From an uncultured Chloroflexia bacterium (GTDB taxonomy: Bacteria; Chloroflexota; Dehalococcoidia; GIF9; UBA5629): DNA of 64,000 nt. Shown here piece by piece: positions 62,006 to 64,000 of this stretch. A model generated the notes under the pieces. The model made no database searches, was not told where the DNA came from, and saw only the letters and a list, made by a program, of their open reading frames with translations. The first letter of the stretch is position 1. Each line of letters starts with the position of its first letter. The DNA is taken from assembly GCA_963827985.1 (NCBI GenBank), contig CAWHDI010000043.1:2401-66400 (forward strand), read 5' to 3'. Both the position numbers and the translations under genes were made by a program.

Positions 62006-62398
62006 ATGTACAAAATAGAAAAAAACGGCAATGTGTTCTATCAGACTTTCAGCGATTTCATGTCAGAAGATGAACTGACGAAGTGGATACAAGAGTCTGA
62101 AAAGGCGCTTGCCGGTATCAAGGGACAGAAGCTCTATGTTTTTGCAGATCTCAGGAAGCTGAAACCACTGTCCCCGGCAGCCGGGGGGCTGATGGCAAAA
62201 GGCCAGGCGATGTATCAGAAGGCGGGCATGGAACGGTCTGTTGTCATCCTGGCAGATGCCGTAACTTCGATGCAATTCAAGCGACTGGCAAAACAATCAG
62301 GCATTGATGCCTGGGAACGCTATATCGATGCTTCAACCACACCGAATTTCAAAGAAATCGGGCTGGACTGGCTGATAAATAAAAAAGAACCGGCGTAA
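62006..62398 (+). CDS. Stand-alone STAS/SpoIIAA-like hypothetical protein
   Basis: YVFADLRKLKPLSP..., alpha/beta pattern, and a strong AGGAGAGG RBS. Confidence 0.6.
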   Translation: MYKIEKNGNVFYQTFSDFMSEDELTKWIQESEKALAGIKGQKLYVFADLRKLKPLSPAAGGLMAKGQAMYQKAGMERSVVILADAVTSMQFKRLAKQSGIDAWERYIDASTTPNFKEIGLDWLINKKEPA

Positions 62399-62546
62399 TA
62401 AAACCCGGGAATAGAATATTACGGCCGCTCTGCTTAAAGCCGGCTGCCGCCTGACAACGGCAGCCGGCATGCACAGTACTTCCTGGCATGATGCCTGTTG
62501 TGCTATCATTTAAACCTATTTTTTCAATTGGCAGGAGGTACTTCAA

Positions 62547-63038
62547 ATGCAGGGAAAAACAGTAAAGGAAAGCGCCGTAGTCACCGTGACGATTATGACG
62601 CCGCAGGATGTTAACTGGGCAGGCAATGTCTTTGGCGGGGCGCTGATGAAACTTATAGACGCCACAGCAGGCTCGGTGGCAGTCAAACATGCAAGAGCCA
62701 ATACGGTAACGGCTTCAATCGACCGGCTGGATTTTCATCATCCGGTGTTTCCGGGCAATATGGTCACATGCAAGGCCAGCCTGAATTACGTTGGAAAAAC
62801 ATCAATGGAAATCGGCGTGAGGGTGGAATCCGAGAACCTGTTGACCGGAGAGGTACGGCACACCGCCTCCTCTTACCTGACTTTCGTTGCTCTGGACAAT
62901 GCGGGGAAACCTATAGAGCTCCCGCCGCTTATCCCGGAAACCGAAGAGGAAAAACGCCGGAACTGCGACGCAGCCGTCAGAAGGGCAGAGAGGTTAAAAC
63001 AGCGGCAAAGAAAGGAACACCGGAACACCGGGGCATAA
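62547..63038 (+). CDS. Acyl-CoA thioesterase (HotDog, YciA-like)
   Basis: PQDVNWAGNVFGGALMK, VTASID, VGKTSMEIGV and YLTFVALD. Confidence 0.92.
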   Translation: MQGKTVKESAVVTVTIMTPQDVNWAGNVFGGALMKLIDATAGSVAVKHARANTVTASIDRLDFHHPVFPGNMVTCKASLNYVGKTSMEIGVRVESENLLTGEVRHTASSYLTFVALDNAGKPIELPPLIPETEEEKRRNCDAAVRRAERLKQRQRKEHRNTGA

Positions 63039-63068
63039 TAATCGGGCTGTCAGAGGCCGCGACACGGC

Positions 63069-63785
63069 TTAGCCTTTCTTCTTTTTGCCGAGCGGGCATA
63101 CCGCCATACAAATGCCGCAGATTTCGTGATCGGAACTTGCAAATTCTTTTGAAAGCTCCAGTGCCTTTTTCTGACATTTGAAGGCGTCGTAGTATTCATC
63201 GCGGTCCACTTTTGTATTCCAGAGTTGACCGGTAGCTGCTCCGGCCGGGCAGGCTTCCACGCATATACTGCATTTGCCGCAACGGCTCTTGTCGATTGGC
63301 GCAAACAGTGGCTTCACGGGTTGATCAATAAGAATGGAGGCAAGCCGCAGCCGGGGACCGAACTCCGTGGAAACGAACAGGTCAGTCTTGCCAATCCATC
63401 CCAGTCCTGCCCTCGTTCCCACCATTTTATGCGAGAAGTGATGCCGCAAGGTCTTAAGATAATCGGGAGATCGGTCGATCTCCTGGCTTGAGGTCGGCCT
63501 GATGACCAGGATGTTTACACCAAGCGAGTTTATTTCACGGGCAATATGGGTTACGAGATCCAGCAAATAAGCATTGGTATCCAGGTACAATTTGTAATAT
63601 ACGGGGTTTGGCCTTTCCACCACGGAGTCCATAATCGTATCGTCAAGCTTCTTGCCAATCGTGATCCCGTAATTGTAACTGCTGAAACGGGGATGAAGCA
63701 GCCCGGTAAGGTCGGCAAAGCCCCAGATATGCTGTCCGTCGCCGGGTACCATTTTCCTGATGATCTCCGCGATTTTATCCTGCAT
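63069..63785 (-). CDS. QueG/reductive-dehalogenase-like cobalamin-associated double 4Fe-4S protein
   Basis: FSHKMVGTRAGLGWIGK...FGPRLRLASIL, CGKCSICVEACP, and C...CGICMAVCP. Confidence 0.8.
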   Translation of the reverse strand: MQDKIAEIIRKMVPGDGQHIWGFADLTGLLHPRFSSYNYGITIGKKLDDTIMDSVVERPNPVYYKLYLDTNAYLLDLVTHIAREINSLGVNILVIRPTSSQEIDRSPDYLKTLRHHFSHKMVGTRAGLGWIGKTDLFVSTEFGPRLRLASILIDQPVKPLFAPIDKSRCGKCSICVEACPAGAATGQLWNTKVDRDEYYDAFKCQKKALELSKEFASSDHEICGICMAVCPLGKKKKG

Positions 63786-64000
63786 TCAATACTTCGCAGT
63801 CTCCAATTCCTCTACGAAATCACATGCCTTATCCTGATAGCCGCTGCCTGTTTTAATGGGATTGTCCAATACCAGGTAATTCTCCTCTTTCCGGGTATAT
63901 GCAGGCCAAACCGGGGCGCCGTCACCGTTCGGATCGCCCGTACGGGCAAAGCGCGCCCAGTAACCAGCAATCCGGTCTGCGAGCAGCCTGTCATCATCTT
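63786..64000 (-). CDS. Type-B carboxylesterase C-terminus (5' truncated; true frame differs from ORF track)
   Basis: Manual frame gives DRIAGYWARFARTGDPNGDGAPVWPAY...YLVLD, with its TGA abutting the next ATG. Confidence 0.85.
   Translation of the reverse strand, partial: DDDRLLADRIAGYWARFARTGDPNGDGAPVWPAYTRKEENYLVLDNPIKTGSGYQDKACDFVEELETAKY

Noticed and set aside
1-64000. CRISPR arrays, rRNA, IS elements or transposases, T-box or SAM riboswitches
   Set aside because: No regularly spaced repeats, rRNA signatures, transposase motifs or riboswitch consensus elements were recognised by eye. An Infernal/CRISPR scan would be needed to exclude weak cases.

Overview
A 64-kb chromosomal window of about 50-55% GC with roughly 60 CDS, one tRNA-Ser(UGA), and no rRNA, CRISPR array or recognisable mobile element. 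Gene content and architectures suggest an anaerobic Chloroflexota bacterium, probably Dehalococcoidia; this is inference. Housekeeping and metabolic genes include folC (partial), tldD-pmbA, speD-speE, greA-lysS-serS, thyX, pycB-pycA, queH, dCMP deaminase, several MFS/ABC transporters, a DtxR-FeoA regulator with feoB, a GH5 hydrolase and an amidase. At least 17 genes, including the essential lysS, are split by single-base indels, so the consensus probably carries sequencing errors and split genes should not be read as pseudogenes by default. The best candidate for an undescribed system is a four-gene paralogous cluster at 14102-20310. All four proteins have cytoplasmic Cys4 zinc ribbons and one transmembrane helix, and three add extracytoplasmic FN3 domain(s) ending in a TlpA-like thioredoxin domain, each with a different CxxC (CPDC, CTPC, CHYC). 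Other highlights are: a stand-alone secreted 18-Cys protein with its own promoter and terminator; two tandem two-CW Cys-rich paralogs whose promoters share a TTGCGC-N4-GCGCAA palindrome exactly 46 nt from an extended -10; an intrinsic terminator between the greA promoter and greA; a perfect 37-bp double operator over the DtxR-feoB promoter; a tldD-pmbA-PAC2-HEAT-GNAT operon; and a QueG/RdhA-like Fe-S protein in a genome that already has QueH.
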